DNA of 64,000 bases, taken from positions 62,001 to 126,000 of the forward strand of contig JAUCBJ010004634.1 in assembly GCA_032718475.1 (NCBI GenBank), written 5' to 3'. The translations under genes were made by a program, and so were the position numbers. Of the stretch, positions 32,651-45,142 are shown in pieces (positions within the stretch are counted from its first letter, which is position 1; every line of letters begins with the position of its first letter). The notes under the pieces are model-generated. The model ran no database searches. It was not told the origin of the DNA and saw only the letters and a program-made list of their open reading frames with translations. This stretch comes from Nemertoderma westbladi (lineage: Eukaryota; Animalia; Xenacoelomorpha).

Positions 32651-33814
32651 AAAATTAATTAAATTCATGATGAGGAACATTGATAAATAGATGTATTCAT
32701 CTGTATTTCCAGCAGCAATACCGGTACTGCATTCCATTCTGTATTGATTAGGGTAGATTAGATTTAAAATAACACTACTCCATTGATTGGGCCAAATTCG
32801 TCTGGGCTGTAAAACACAATAAGCGGGTGGTAATTAACTGTTGCCGATATACAGTAGGAGTAGGCTAAGGTTTAATTAGGGTTGGTTGAGGCCTGATCAA
32901 CAAACAAATCCTTACAAAAATAATAAACCATAATATTTACAAGTCCTTAAAAGATATCACCCTGCTCCATAGCCCGGAAAATTCAAATGATAGAAATGTA
33001 GGTGTACCTAGGCGTAGGTGTAGCGTTTGCACTGCTTTGTCAGTACCGGTATACTGCGCTTCTATAAGGCTGTTGTTAGTACTGCAGTACTGCAGTACCG
33101 TTACTGTGTACCGGCACGGGAAGCCGGGTGCGGAGACGAAGAATGCCAGCAGTAGGAGAGTGTTAGTTTGTTAGCATTGTGTATGCCATATACTGTTAGT
33201 GGAGATTTGGCGGTTAAGCTCCAGGTCAATTGAATTAAGTAACTTGTAATCCTGCGACCGGGTTTTTTTTAACCAGTTAACATCTATCCACCAAGGCGTT
33301 TGTTTAGTTTCCAAAGATATACCGGTATTCTAATATATAAATACCAATGTTTAAACTTGAAGTTTATAAATACCTATCTGATACTGGGACTGGCAGTAAT
33401 AATATTTATTTAATATGGTGCATTATCGGTTGAGGGATATCTTCAACATGGCCGTTAAATCGCCCAAGTTTCATCACTAAACACACTAAAATAATAGTTT
33501 TTAATAACGCCTTTGCCCATGGGTGAGTTATATTTTACGCATAATTCAACGCCTTTGCCCATGGGTGAGTTATATTTTACGCATAATTCAAGTGGTAACT
33601 TGTCTGCTTGGGTAGGCCTACCCTGTCCTGTACTGCAATATTTGACAATGCAATGCAACACCAGTAACTTTTAACATAAGTAAAGAGGATTAAAAATTTG
33701 TTTGAAAATAATAAATACTGAAACAAAATATCAGGAAAATCACAAATGTAATAAATAAATATTAATATTAGGCCTAAATAAATAAATATTAATAAAATAA
33801 ATGTTATATAAATA

Positions 33815-34890
33815 CACCATAACCCGTAATATAGTGTCATTTTCTGATGCTTCACATTAGTCATTATAATAATTATTATTATAATAACCATTATTATTAT
33901 TATTAGCCATTATTAGCAAGTCGTAGGACTTGATTACTGTAAGAATTGTTGGCTGATTGACTGGCTGGCTGACTGACTGATCTACAGCCAAAACTACTCT
34001 AACGATTTTGATGAAATTTTCACAGCATCTAGATACCGCGATTCTAAGGTCTCTGGTATATCCGCTATTTCGTCCATGAGCCGTTGGCTCGAAAAATAGA
34101 CATAAACGAAAAAAACGCCATTGGCGCAATGGTAAAATAACACCAATGACAGCTTGTTGATGGAATTTACATTTGATTGATGACTTCCGACTTGCTTAAC
34201 GGCGTCTTGACGCCGTCTCTAGTTATATTTTTATATCAATATAGAAAGCTTGCGTTGCAAGGATTCCAAATATGTAACAATATCTGAATTTCGTTAAGAA
34301 ACAGCTGAGAAATAGGCGTTCAAGGATTGCAAGAATTATTGTTTGCTGAAGGCCATTTTATTCTATTTAATAAATACACAATGTTCTGGAATATTTTGTT
34401 TATGTATGAATAGCTAGGCAATATAGATATTGGATAGGAATACCGCTGTTGCCCACCAACTCGTACAATAAAATAATACTGTGTATTTTTTTATTATAAT
34501 AAATGGCGTTCAGCGAACAATACCTCTTGCAATCTTTAAATGCTTATATCTCAGCTGTTTCTCAACGAAATTCAGATAATGTTACATATTTGGAAACCTT
34601 GCAACGCAAGCTTTCTGATGATATAAAATAAAAATGACTCTAATGGGAAGAATGGCCACGGTACGGAGGGTGCGATTTCGCAAAAGATACTTTTTTAAAA
34701 CGCTTATAAAAAAATTTATAGCAAAATCGAAAATTCCGGCTTCATGTGGACATCGACCTCGATGGTGAGTGGAAATAGTTGTGTTTCAAATTTCAAGCAA
34801 TATGATAAAGATTTGTAGAAAAAGTGGGGGGGGGGGGGGGGGGGGGGTCCGTGTCATCAGAAAATGACACTATTATTACGGGTCATGGTG
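33815..34890. mobile_element. TA-flanked non-autonomous TIR element (Tc1/mariner-type MITE)
   Basis: TA|CACCATAACCCGTAATATAGTGTCATTTTCTGATG ... CATCAGAAAATGACACTATTATTACGGGTCATGGTG|TA; additional internal ~90-bp inverted repeat (~34243-34333 / ~34526-34616). Confidence 0.8.
33911..34224 (+). mobile_element. HINE/DINE-1-like element nested in the MITE
   Basis: Subterminal IR AGCAAGTCG (33915) / CGACTTGCT (34188), (CTGA/CTGG)n microsatellite, 3' hairpin ACGGCGTC-TT-GACGCCGT (34199-34216), then CTAGTT. Confidence 0.75.
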
Positions 34891-36369
34891 TATAACGCCA
34901 CTAACTTACAAATAATTTAATGATACCTAAAATGTGAATTCGATATATAATACTGTAGTAGATAATATCGTGAAGTTAAATTACAGTATTTCCCGTTATT
35001 GCTGTTTTGTGACAAATGTTTTGCGATTTATTTACTACCAATATATAAATATTATTTATTAGATGGCGCCAACCAGAATATCATCATTATCAAGGATACA
35101 GGACAACTCTGGCCATCAGTCATGGACCAAACGTTACGGTGTGGAGAGCCAGCGGGAAAACGAGCACCAGGACTCCGATAACTATACATTGAAAATGTCA
35201 AGGGAGTTCGTCTTCGACAGAATATTCATTGTTGGTGCTTCGTGGTATAGTCAGAGTCATCGTCAATGTCCCATAGGTATCTCCAATATGCTGAGTTTTC
35301 TATCGAGATAGTCATTGGTGTACTGGAGCCCGTTATACTGGAGAGGTTCCTCTCCAACGCGTTGGAGAACCCAATAGTGAACATCCGATTCCCATTCCAA
35401 CCAGCCACCCAAACGGTCGGTCCCTGACTCCTTTGGCTCTCTCAACTACCAGGTCGTGTACCAGCAGTACCGGTTCCACAACCAGCAACTGGTTATTAAT
35501 TCCGCAATGGTTGTCTGATTGTGGACCCGACCTTCTCGAGAGAGCTCTGTGACAACGATCCAATTAAACCCTGTGTAGAGAGACCCCCGTAGGCTGGATG
35601 GTCGGTTTCTGCTCAGATCATACTGGAAACAGAAAATGACGCAATTGATTTTGGTTACTAATGTTGCAACAGGTTGATGGCGAAGTTGTTCGTTCATTTC
35701 CCTGCCGTCGCTGGAACATCCCGCATCCTTTGAGCAATTGAGCAACAGGGCCTTACAGTCTGAGGACGGCTGTTCAAAGCATCATGGACAGAGGGATGTC
35801 ATAAACACCAATGGTGGTAGGACTGTATCAGGTTGGTTTAAGTGCGCCAGCATAAAGGAGGAGGGAACTTCGATCGTTGTTTACGAAGTCCACATCGCCC
35901 AGCAGCCATCCTCCAACTAACCCGCAAGGTTGACAACATCAACACCCTCAAATACCGCCGTCAAACCATCGCCCCAGACCCTGGAGTGCAGCATCGGAAT
36001 CTTATTGATATTTATTCTACTTGTACATTGGGAATGGCCAGAGATCGTTAGGACCTTTAGTAGTATGTGATGGCATCAGCTCTGCAATTTATAATTACGC
36101 ATCACGATGGCAAAAGAGATATAGTAACACGAGCAATGCTACTGCTTTATCTTGCCACTTTGCATTATATTACAGCTCCAACATTATTCTAGCACTAAAA
36201 AAAATTCAAAATTAGTTAAATAAACGTTGTGCAATGTAAAAAATATAAAACATATAGATTTTAGGATTTGCGTAACTTTAGATAGAAAAAAATATACAAG
36301 CTCTCTGTGAACTTTTGATTTGATCGATTTGATTTGATATCCGCCACTGACTTGGATTCATTGCAGTCC

Positions 36370-37158
36370 TCTATATTGCCCGCAGTTGTCTTTTGCATTT
36401 TAAAGGCATTGCCAAGTCTCTGCAGGAACAGTCTTCAATCAAGTGTCTCTTGTTGTAAGAGAAACTCTCTCGGATGTTCGAAACAATATAGATGAATTCC
36501 ACAATAAACAATTCAATGAAGCGAGAAAGATGGCCAATACACTTGACATTGCTGTGGAGAAGCCCCAGACATGTATCAGACAAACCAAGTACAATAATGT
36601 ACCCGCCAAGGATCCTAGTGAATATTATTGGAGATTTGTTACAATCCCACTGATCAATCATCTAATATTAGAAATGGTTACTCGGTTCACATGCTTACAT
36701 GAGAGCGCGACTATGGGACTTATAGTTGTTCCTTCCATGATGACAGCCAGACCATCCATCAATTAATTCGAATTATATTTTCATCTCTTTTCATCTCGTC
36801 TACAAGCACCGCCTAGCAAGTGAGATCCACCTGTGATTCAAGATATGGAAAGGGCGTGAAGATGCACCAGCAACGATTGTTGACAAGGATTTTTTCCCCA
36901 ATGTGAAGCGTGTTCTACAAATACGTGCATTGTTCCTGGTAACCAGTTGTGAGTGAGAGGTGTATCGTCAATGTACTGCGCCTCCTCGAAACATACCTCA
37001 GGTCGACAATGGACCAACATAGATTTACATCTCTTGCACAAATGTATGTCCCTCGTGAAATTGACATAAACTACGATGATGTTGTCAAAGAGTTTGATAG
37101 GGCCCCACGCGGTTTCTACTTCCCAATGTTCTTGTCGAAATATAGAGTAAAAAGATAA
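36370..37158 (+). pseudogene. hAT (Tip100/ZMYM1/THAP12-like) transposase C-terminal remnant with dimerisation domain
   Basis: KPQTCIRQTKYNNVPAKDPSEYYWRFVTIPLINHLILEMVTRF and FFPNVKRVLQ...VTSCE/ER...LETYLRSTMDQHRFTSLA; stops and frameshifts. Decayed upstream sequence from ~35050 may belong to it. Confidence 0.85.
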
Positions 37159-37219
37159 GAGTTTGTAACTTATTATTAATATTATACCCATTGATCATAT
37201 TACAATATTATTATATACT

Positions 37220-38300
37220 CAATGGGGCGATATACACAAAAGTGGCCAAACCAGTGTCATTTTTTGGGAAAAAATAAAGTTTCTCAAAACCCAACATATG
37301 ATATATATTCTGAAAGCTCAGAGTCCGTAGAATTCAATGCGAGTATTGGCCGACCTTAAATATGATCTGTAAAAAAATATACTGCTTGTCCCTTCCTGTC
37401 CACTTCCTGTAACCATTATTTTAACACATTTTCTAGGATAATTTGTTACAGGCGTGGGACCCTTCCTTGCCTGTAACCTTCCATGTAAATGTAATGAGAG
37501 CCGGTTACAGGTGGGGGGAAGTTTTATGGTACGACTGACACTGCCAAACACACATTATAAATGCTGCGTATGACCATTATACATAAAATGATAGCATTTT
37601 CAAGGAGGATTTCAGAACTGTTATTGTTTTACCGAGGTACCAATTATATGCGATTTTATCAGCTTTAACGTTAGTTACAGGGGGGGACAGTTTATGGTTT
37701 TCCCTCCCGATCTGAGGCTCTTCAAACTCACATATTTTCAAAAGTTTTTAATGAATTTGTATAATTGTTTTTGTGTGTTAGAGCTGAGTAATTACGGATT
37801 CTTAAAAAAAAATTTCAAGGTGTGCCTGTAACCACAATTCCCGTTATTCTATTTTTGCCATTGGGTGGGGACATTTTTAGTGGTGTAGTAGAAAACAAAA
37901 TGTTCCAGTATCTCCTATATGCTAACTATACATCTACAGACTATGATGTTTCTTAAAATTAATAGACAAATTTTCGAGCTTTCATTTGGTATATAAAATA
38001 TTAACTTCTATTGACATCAGATAGAAAGAAACTAGAGCTCCTTATTTAACTTCTCCTAATCATTGTTTTTGTCAAAAATCACGTTTTCCGTGGTTTTTGA
38101 CGATATCAAGCAAAATTTAATACTATTTATTTGCAGTAGCGTTTAGCAAACATGGTATCCTAGATTCCTGATGAAAATGTCAACCTGTAACATTTTATTT
38201 CATGAGATTTCATTCAGTAGAAATGGAATTAAAATGGAATTACAACTCTCACTTTTTTGTATGTTTTGGCCACTTTTTTGTATACTGTAGTGCTCCCAAT
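37220..38300. mobile_element. Old non-autonomous TIR element
   Basis: Imperfect TIRs CAATGGGGCGATATACACAAAAGTGGCCAAA / TTTGGCCACTTTTTTGTATAC..GCTCCCAATG; no clear TSD. Confidence 0.45.
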
Positions 38301-38829
38301 GATATTTATATAGTTTTAATGGGTTTTATTGTGTATAAATAGTTGTACTGTTTTGTTCTGTTTCATATGGTTTTAATTCTGTAATGTCAGAAAACTCAAA
38401 AATAACACCAAAAAATATTTTTTTAATTTTTATCGCCCCGAATTCCCTACCCCCCCCCCCCCCCCCCCCGTGTCCAAGTTTGTCCGGTAACCCAACACCC
38501 CCCACGTAGTTCGGATGTCTGAATTTAAAAACGAAAAAAGGTTACATTATTATTATTAATTATATTATTATAGGCCTATATAATTATAATAATAGACGTA
38601 CAGGAACTGGTACCTACTGTATAAACTCAAAATACTGTAGAGATTGTTGTTTCATATTGGAGATCACATGCTAGACAAGTGGTCAAAGGTATGCCCCTAA
38701 CTTACCGGTAATATCTACATCCCGACAGCAAACTGCTCGTTTTAAAGAAGACATGTTTAATTATTTCATTGAATAAATTATTGGTCTTTAACTTTTAAAT
38801 AAATCAGCTGGTGACCATCTATCTATTTA

Positions 38830-39120
38830 CATATTCTCTACCTGTTTTCCTGTAGTGTCTGTGGTCTATGACTCCTATATTTGACTTACTAAGAGACATT
38901 TCGCAACAATACACGCCACATAGCGGAGCATACTGGCATTATCAAACTCTTACAGGCCGTTTTAGTCCACCCCCTGACTCAGCAGTATTCAATCATTCTG
39001 TCGAATGTGATCATCATATCAGAGCTACTCACTCTAGTATCATAGGCTCAACCAGAAATTATTTTGAACTCCATGTCAATGAAACGTTGTTAATAATTAA
39101 GAAGCTTACACCGACCTGCC
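38830..39120 (+). pseudogene. GIY-YIG endonuclease remnant of a Penelope-like retroelement
   Basis: Across frames: ILYLFSCSVCG / DSYI*LTKRHFAT / EHTG / TGRFSPPPDSAVFNHSVECDHHI...IIGSTRNYFELHVNETLLIIKKLTPT, matching the PLE pattern Y..C..C..YIG.T.RH..EH...SA...H...H...E.LLI...P. Confidence 0.75.
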
Positions 39121-39168
39121 GACCCTCAAGGCCTCGACACACAGTTACTTATTACATTCAACTTAAAC

Positions 39169-40489
39169 GCCTGAAGGCCCTTATTCAGTACAAAATAACG
39201 CAGTGGTGGGAGCCCTGCCTGAAGGCCCTTATTCAGTACAAAATAACGCAGTGGTGGGAGCCCTGCCTGAAGGCCCTTATTCAGTACAAAATAACGCAGT
39301 GGTGGGAGCCCTGCCTGAAGGCCCTTATTCAGTACAAAATAACGCAGTGGTGGGAGCCCTGCCTGAAGGCCCTTATTCAGTACAAAATAACGCAGTGGTG
39401 GGAGCCCTGCCTGAAGGCCCTTATTCAGTACAAAATAACGCAGTGGTGGGAGCCCTGCCTGAAGGCCCTTATTCAGTACAAAATAACGCAGTGGTGGGAG
39501 CCCTGCCTGAAGGCCCTTATTCAGTACAAAATAACGCAGTGGTGGGAGCCCTGCCTGAAGGCCCTTATTCAGTACAAAATAACGCAGTGGTGGGAGCCCT
39601 GCCTGAAGGCCCTTATTCAGTACAAAATAACGCAGTGGTGGGAGCCCTGCCTGAAGGCCCTTATTCAGTACAAAATAACGCAGTGGTGGGAGCCCTGCCT
39701 GAAGGCCCTTATTCAGTACAAAATAACGCAGTGGTGGGAGCCCTGCCTGAAGGCCCTTATTCAGTACAAAATAACGCAGTGGTGGGAGCCCTGCCTGAAG
39801 GCCCTTATTCAGTACAAAATAACGCAGTGGTGGGAGCCCTGCCTGAAGGCCCTTATTCAGTACAAAATAACGCAGTGGTGGGAGCCCTGCCTGAAGGCCC
39901 TTATTCAGTACAAAATAACGCAGTGGTGGGAGCCCTGCCTGAAGGCCCTTATTCAGTACAAAATAACGCAGTGGTGGGAGCCCTGCCTGAAGGCCCTTAT
40001 TCAGTACAAAATAACGCAGTGGTGGGAGCCCTGCCTGAAGGCCCTTATTCAGTACAAAATAACGCAGTGGTGGGAGCCCTGCCTGAAGGCCCTTATTCAG
40101 TACAAAATAACGCAGTGGTGGGAGCCCTGCCTGAAGGCCCTTATTCAGTACAAAATAACGCAGTGGTGGGAGCCCTGCCTGAAGGCCCTTATTCAGTACA
40201 AAATAACGCAGTGGTGGGAGCCCTGCCTGAAGGCCCTTATTCAGTACAAAATAACGCAGTGGTGGGAGCCCTGCCTGAAGGCCCTTATTCAGTACAAAAT
40301 AACGCAGTGGTGGGAGCCCTGCCTGAAGGCCCTTATTCAGTACAAAATAACGCAGTGGTGGGAGCCCTGCCTGAAGGCCCTTATTCAGTACAAAATAACG
40401 CAGTGGTGGGAGCCCTGCCTGAAGGCCCTTATTCAGTACAAAATAACGCAGTGGTGGGAGCCCTGCCTGAAGGCCCTTATTCAGTACAA
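39169..40489. repeat. Homogeneous minisatellite, 48-bp unit, 27.5 copies
   Basis: GCCTGAAGGCCCTTATTCAGTACAAAATAACGCAGTGGTGGGAGCCCT; no variant unit seen. Confidence 0.98.
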
Positions 40490-40929
40490 TCCCCCTTTCG
40501 TAGCTACTGTCTCCTGCATTCCTTGACCGATTTTCTACTTAGTCATTACTTCAAGTCATTAATATTATATTAATACTGTAATAGACTGCACGCATAAAAT
40601 ATGTTCAAAGTATTATGAGTTTTAATTGATTAGAAGCGGTAAACGAATAATTAACATACAATACCTATGTGTGCGAGTCGATGAGGATGTCGTTTACACC
40701 ACTTGTCGGCACCGCAGAAGGTAAGGAAAACCAACACATCTTCATATATCACCTCGTAGAGAAGAAAAAGAGTTATGACAACTGAAGAGATCGGAAGTTA
40801 ATATAAGATGATGGATATGTCTACATGGGATGAGAGTAAAAAATCGGCTTATGCAAAAGCAATACGAAACCAAATAGAATTGACACAAGCGAAGAAACAA
40901 AACAAAGAAGGGATGGAACGCGGTCGCGG

Positions 40930-40990
40930 CAGAGATGGACAAGGGCTGGTTTTTCACGGCCCGGCCCGTTGGGTCTCGGCCCGCCACGGC
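40930..40990 (+). mobile_element. Possible hAT terminus
   Basis: CAGAGATGG followed by clustered GGCCCG subterminal repeats; partner end not found. Confidence 0.35.
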
Positions 40991-41854
40991 CTGGCCCGGG
41001 CCCGGGCCCGTTAATTTTGATTTTTTAAACATGACAGCATAAAGTAAAATTTTCTAGGCTCTACTATTTAAGTAAATATGTACAGTACAGTATATGTGAG
41101 TCTGAGTCCTGTATATAGCAAAGGTACATTACAAAGTTAAACAAAGGTACATTACAAAGTTAAACAAAGGCACAAATAAATCATGAAACAACCCTAGTTA
41201 CAGGAAAATTAAATATAAATATTTAATTTAATTTTGTGTTAAAAAATGTGAAAAAAATTGTCATATTTTTGTGTTTTGTTAACTGGATAATATATTCAAC
41301 AATAGCGGGCTTTCCAATGTTTAGAATACGACCCGCCACTCTTTTCTTTGTGCTTTCTTGCAAAAAGCATTTTATGACCTTTCTTCAATTATCGTGTCAA
41401 AAGACGCGCAGGACTCTCCGGTTTCTAGATAAGCCAGATGCGAAATGATTAGATTTTAATGTGTATTTGAAATGGATCGAAAATCACTCTTCATAGAACG
41501 CAAGGTTAAATTACAAGCAGCACCGATAAGAGGTCTTTAAACACAATGTTTATTATAATTACGATTATTTTTGCCAAAAATTTCCATAAACAATTTTATA
41601 TTATACATTTATGTGTTTAAGGACCTATTTAAAACTCCCTTTTCCTCACGTAACATTTTTTTTCACACACCATCACTACAACAGTATTTCGCAATATTAT
41701 AATGATAATATAAAGTTAAATTGCTGTAAACCCGAACTAACCCGAACTATAAGACGTACATTATTGCATGTAGATCTGGTTATAAAGTGATGAGTTGCAT
41801 GTACAGTACGGAAGAACTGGTTATGTTGGGTTCGTCTTGACTTTAGAAGCAGTA

Positions 41855-42376
41855 TGTTCGCGCTTTTAGACGTTTAACAGTTTAACCTGCTAATTTAAGT
41901 GACTTCTTGAATCGACTATTGCCCTTGCTAATTAACATCAGTTGAAACCAGTCTATGCGCGGCGTATGACCCACTGTGTGAGAGACTGGATTAGGTTCTA
42001 GAGAAAGTTATTGCAGTGTAGGCTACATTGTATCATTCGATTGATCGCTACTATATAATCTCCGACAACTATATTTACTTTCGGGGAAATATTAACAGTT
42101 CCTTTGGGACGTGGCGCTTTAAGTATCAAACAGAGTTATGACTTACACTAATCACAACTGGAGGCTATAGTGTATCACAATCGCAAATAGCGCATTATTT
42201 AGGAATGCTTTATTAACCTTCGCACTACTTCACACTAATTCACACTAATGGACACTGATTTGCCGACCGTCACTAATTTTGATCATATATAAGGTGGATT
42301 GCAACTAACATACGTAGGGATTAAGAAAGTTGAGGGGTTTACGATTTCTTATCGGTATTCTCCAAATATAACATCC
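41855..42376 (-). mobile_element. Left part of an older BEL-family solo LTR split by copy B
   Basis: Begins TGTTCGCGCTTTTAGAC after CAGTA (41850-41854); diverged homolog of the other LTRs. Confidence 0.88.
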
Positions 42377-43519
42377 TGTTTGCGCTTTTAAGACCTTTGA
42401 CAGTTTAACCTGCCAAAATTAGAATGTCTTTTGGATGATAGATAGTCTTTAGCCTATGACGAGTATTTGATACACTACATTAGCCGAAGCCAGTCTATGC
42501 GCAATCATTCACCCGTTGGATATACCCGGGAGACTGAGTTCGGAGCTTAATGATTGATGGTGTAAGCCTACCGTATTATTCGACTGATCGTAATATATAA
42601 TCTCTGACAAATATTATTCACTTTCGGGAAATATTAACAGTTCCTTTAGGACGTGGCGCTCTAAATATGTAAACAGAGTTATGACTTAAACTAGTCACAA
42701 CGAAAAGGCTATAGATTCACGTATATGGCGCATTCTTTAGGAGATGCTTTGTTATCAGTTACACTCATACACAATGCTGCACAATACTGCACACTAATCT
42801 GCCGACCTTCACTAAATTTAGTCACGTATAAAGAGAGCAACAGACAATTTATGTTGGGCATATGAAATAGCATTAAATTCACTTCAAACCACTTAACATA
42901 GGTCGCAATCGTTTATCTGTAACCGGTCTCTCTAACCTTTAGTATATCAAGAAGGTGGGGTGTCTGACTATTGATCAGTATTCCGATATAATATTTCATC
43001 AACAAATATAATGAATAACCGACAGCAAAAGCAGTAATATTAGTAATTTATGGATAGTGAGTGAATAAGTGAGTAGATAACAGATATACGTTCTATAATT
43101 AAGCCTACTAATGTAAGACTAAAGACTGAAACACGGAGGTGCCAAAAGCCGGTGTTCTTAGGCTCTGGGCAAAAACATAACACTGAACTACTGAGTTTCT
43201 GTATCCACCTCCAACACAGAGACAAAAAACGCTCTGATTGGTCAACCGAACAACGAGAGAACAAAGAAACAAAGAAATGTCGACGTGGCAATATCAGCTG
43301 TTAGCCGTCGTCATGGTAGCGACACTGTTTTCAAGAGTATCTAGCTTATCGCGTCACGAGATTGCGGATTATGTCCTCTAAAGTACAAATACAGAAGAAA
43401 TGACTTTTATGTCCTCTAAAACACCAGTACAGCAAGGACACGGCCCTTTTATGCCTGGTAAACCAACTACAGAGTACTTTAAGGGAAAATAACCGGTTAA
43501 TGACGCAAAAGCTTTTACA
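42377..43519 (-). repeat. 3' LTR of copy B
   Basis: TG...CA termini; matches 57247-58389, with one substitution noticed (GCCGACC ~42803 vs GCTGACC ~57673). Confidence 0.97.
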
Positions 43520-43545
43520 CCGCTCCCAGAAAATGGGATTTAAGT

Positions 43546-43821
43546 CTATAAAATATAACAAATCACAGTTTCTAAAATATAAAGATACTCTAAACAGTTA
43601 GTCTTTCTTACGCAGACGGCGTTTACGCAGTTTTTTGAGGCTAGCAAGAGTCCTTTTCTCTTTGGGGCGAGCCACTTTACTAGGAGGGCTATAAATCCTG
43701 GGTGAAGGGTGCAATATGATTGCATCAGAAGGTGTAGGATTATGGTCGGGGTATCCGCCGTTTCGATATGCTTCTCCTCGAGCTGATTTTCCTCCGCTCG
43801 TAGCTTGATACGTTCATCCAA
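43546..43821 (-). CDS. Possible small second accessory ORF or exon just upstream of the PPT
   Basis: Same frame is open in copy A (track ORF 15896-16252); shared LVKWLAPKRKGLLLAS..CVNAV...KTNCLEYLY with several third-position changes. Confidence 0.3.
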   Translation of the reverse strand: MDERIKLRAEENQLEEKHIETADTPTIILHLLMQSYCTLHPGFIALLVKWLAPKRKGLLLASKNCVNAVCVRKTNCLEYLYILETVICYIL

Positions 43822-44011
43822 AACTCTCGCAGAGAATGGGGTTGTCTAAGTTCGATATCTTCTTAGAGATTCTGGATTTCACAATCGAACTGAGATAAAG
43901 ACAATTCGTTTATCGCTTGGACTTGCTGTTACAACTTACGTTTATCTGAACAAATGCAGGTTTACTTTCTGATCCTTCCTTCTTTCCTTTCTGATCTTTG
44001 TAGAATAGCGT

Positions 44012-45142
44012 TTAACTCGTTTGGTACAACGTTCTCCGCCACTTTGGTGACAGGTTATATCGTGTTAAGCCGGGACGATGGTAAGGGTTAAACGGCGATA
44101 TTAAATGTCCGCGTCCCAATCCGGCTAGGTAGAATGGGCTAATATCTAGGAAGCCCACAACTAGGGTGCCACCGACTAATTGTTCAGGTAACACTAGATC
44201 TTTGAGCAGTGAGTACAGCTCGGGAGGATCCGTCATACTAATAGGATCAAGAGTCTGAAGTCTCACTAGGGAATGAGGAGTTCTGATCGAGTATTCCGAA
44301 ACTCTGATCATTGGTTTATTTAAGGATCGTCTGAGTCGAACGAGCGTAGGTGATACATCGAACAAGTTTCGCTCGAAACTCCCGTAAGTATAGCGAGTAA
44401 AACCGTGTTTAAAGCAACGTCTCCGCGGATGTTTATGTCTTTCCGTTTGTTGGTTGGGTCTTGGGCATTCATCGCAATAATACCCAAAAACGTACGTCTT
44501 GTAGGGGAAACGCGAGTGATCTTTCTCCAGCTTACAATATTCCTCCATCCGTTCGAAGCTATTCGGTACAACAGGTAGCGGTCGATCGGCGGTAAGATAC
44601 ATCATAGGGGAATAGAGCCGTTTGAGTTCTACCATGCGGTCATGATGTATACCTTGAGGATATCGAGTTTCTAGATTTTGTTGACTGGCAATATTGAGAT
44701 ATGTTTCTATCAGGAATTCCAGATAATCGTTGAAGTCGCTGCGTTTATCCGGCTCCTCAACGTCTTCTCTTTCGAGTCTGTTTCGAATAGAATTCTCGTG
44801 TTCCATTCTCGGTTTATCGTTCCGCCTCCGCTGGGTAGGATATTTCAATCGTACCATTTCCCTTTTGGTGTCGACATTGTCCGTATCGTGTAAATCGATA
44901 GGATGACCAGTAGTTAAGAAGTCCACATACGTACCATTACGATGCGTATAGCGAGCGGTGAATTTCTTATAGTCCAACTCACGCGTGAGCTGCTCTTGGG
45001 ACATTGGCGGTTCGATATAACGACTATCGTCCTCCGCAGCAGTTGGACCAGCGTCGCTGTGTATCAAGCTATCAACAAACGCTTGTAAAGGTAGAGTATA
45101 TCGCTCCCTGATACCAAGATCATCTTCTATCAACTCAATCAT
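44012..45142 (-). CDS. Extra 3' accessory ORF of the BEL element (376 aa), unknown function, possible Cys/His metal-binding cluster
   Basis: ATG-initiated, same strand as pol, lies between pol and the 3' LTR; homolog in copy A with many synonymous differences. Confidence 0.8.
   Translation of the reverse strand: MIELIEDDLGIRERYTLPLQAFVDSLIHSDAGPTAAEDDSRYIEPPMSQEQLTRELDYKKFTARYTHRNGTYVDFLTTGHPIDLHDTDNVDTKREMVRLKYPTQRRRNDKPRMEHENSIRNRLEREDVEEPDKRSDFNDYLEFLIETYLNIASQQNLETRYPQGIHHDRMVELKRLYSPMMYLTADRPLPVVPNSFERMEEYCKLEKDHSRFPYKTYVFGYYCDECPRPNQQTERHKHPRRRCFKHGFTRYTYGSFERNLFDVSPTLVRLRRSLNKPMIRVSEYSIRTPHSLVRLQTLDPISMTDPPELYSLLKDLVLPEQLVGGTLVVGFLDISPFYLAGLGRGHLISPFNPYHRPGLTRYNLSPKWRRTLYQTS

Noticed and set aside
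39169-40489. CRISPR-like regular array
   Set aside because: Units are contiguous and identical with no spacers; no cas genes; eukaryotic context.
38868-40573. 552-aa and 456-aa repeat proteins
   Set aside because: Chimera of a frameshifted Penelope GIY-YIG remnant and a tandem repeat with no synonymous variation; no evidence of a real gene.
44012-45142. env gene
   Set aside because: The position fits, but no signal peptide, no clear transmembrane anchor and no ectodomain-like Cys pattern are visible.
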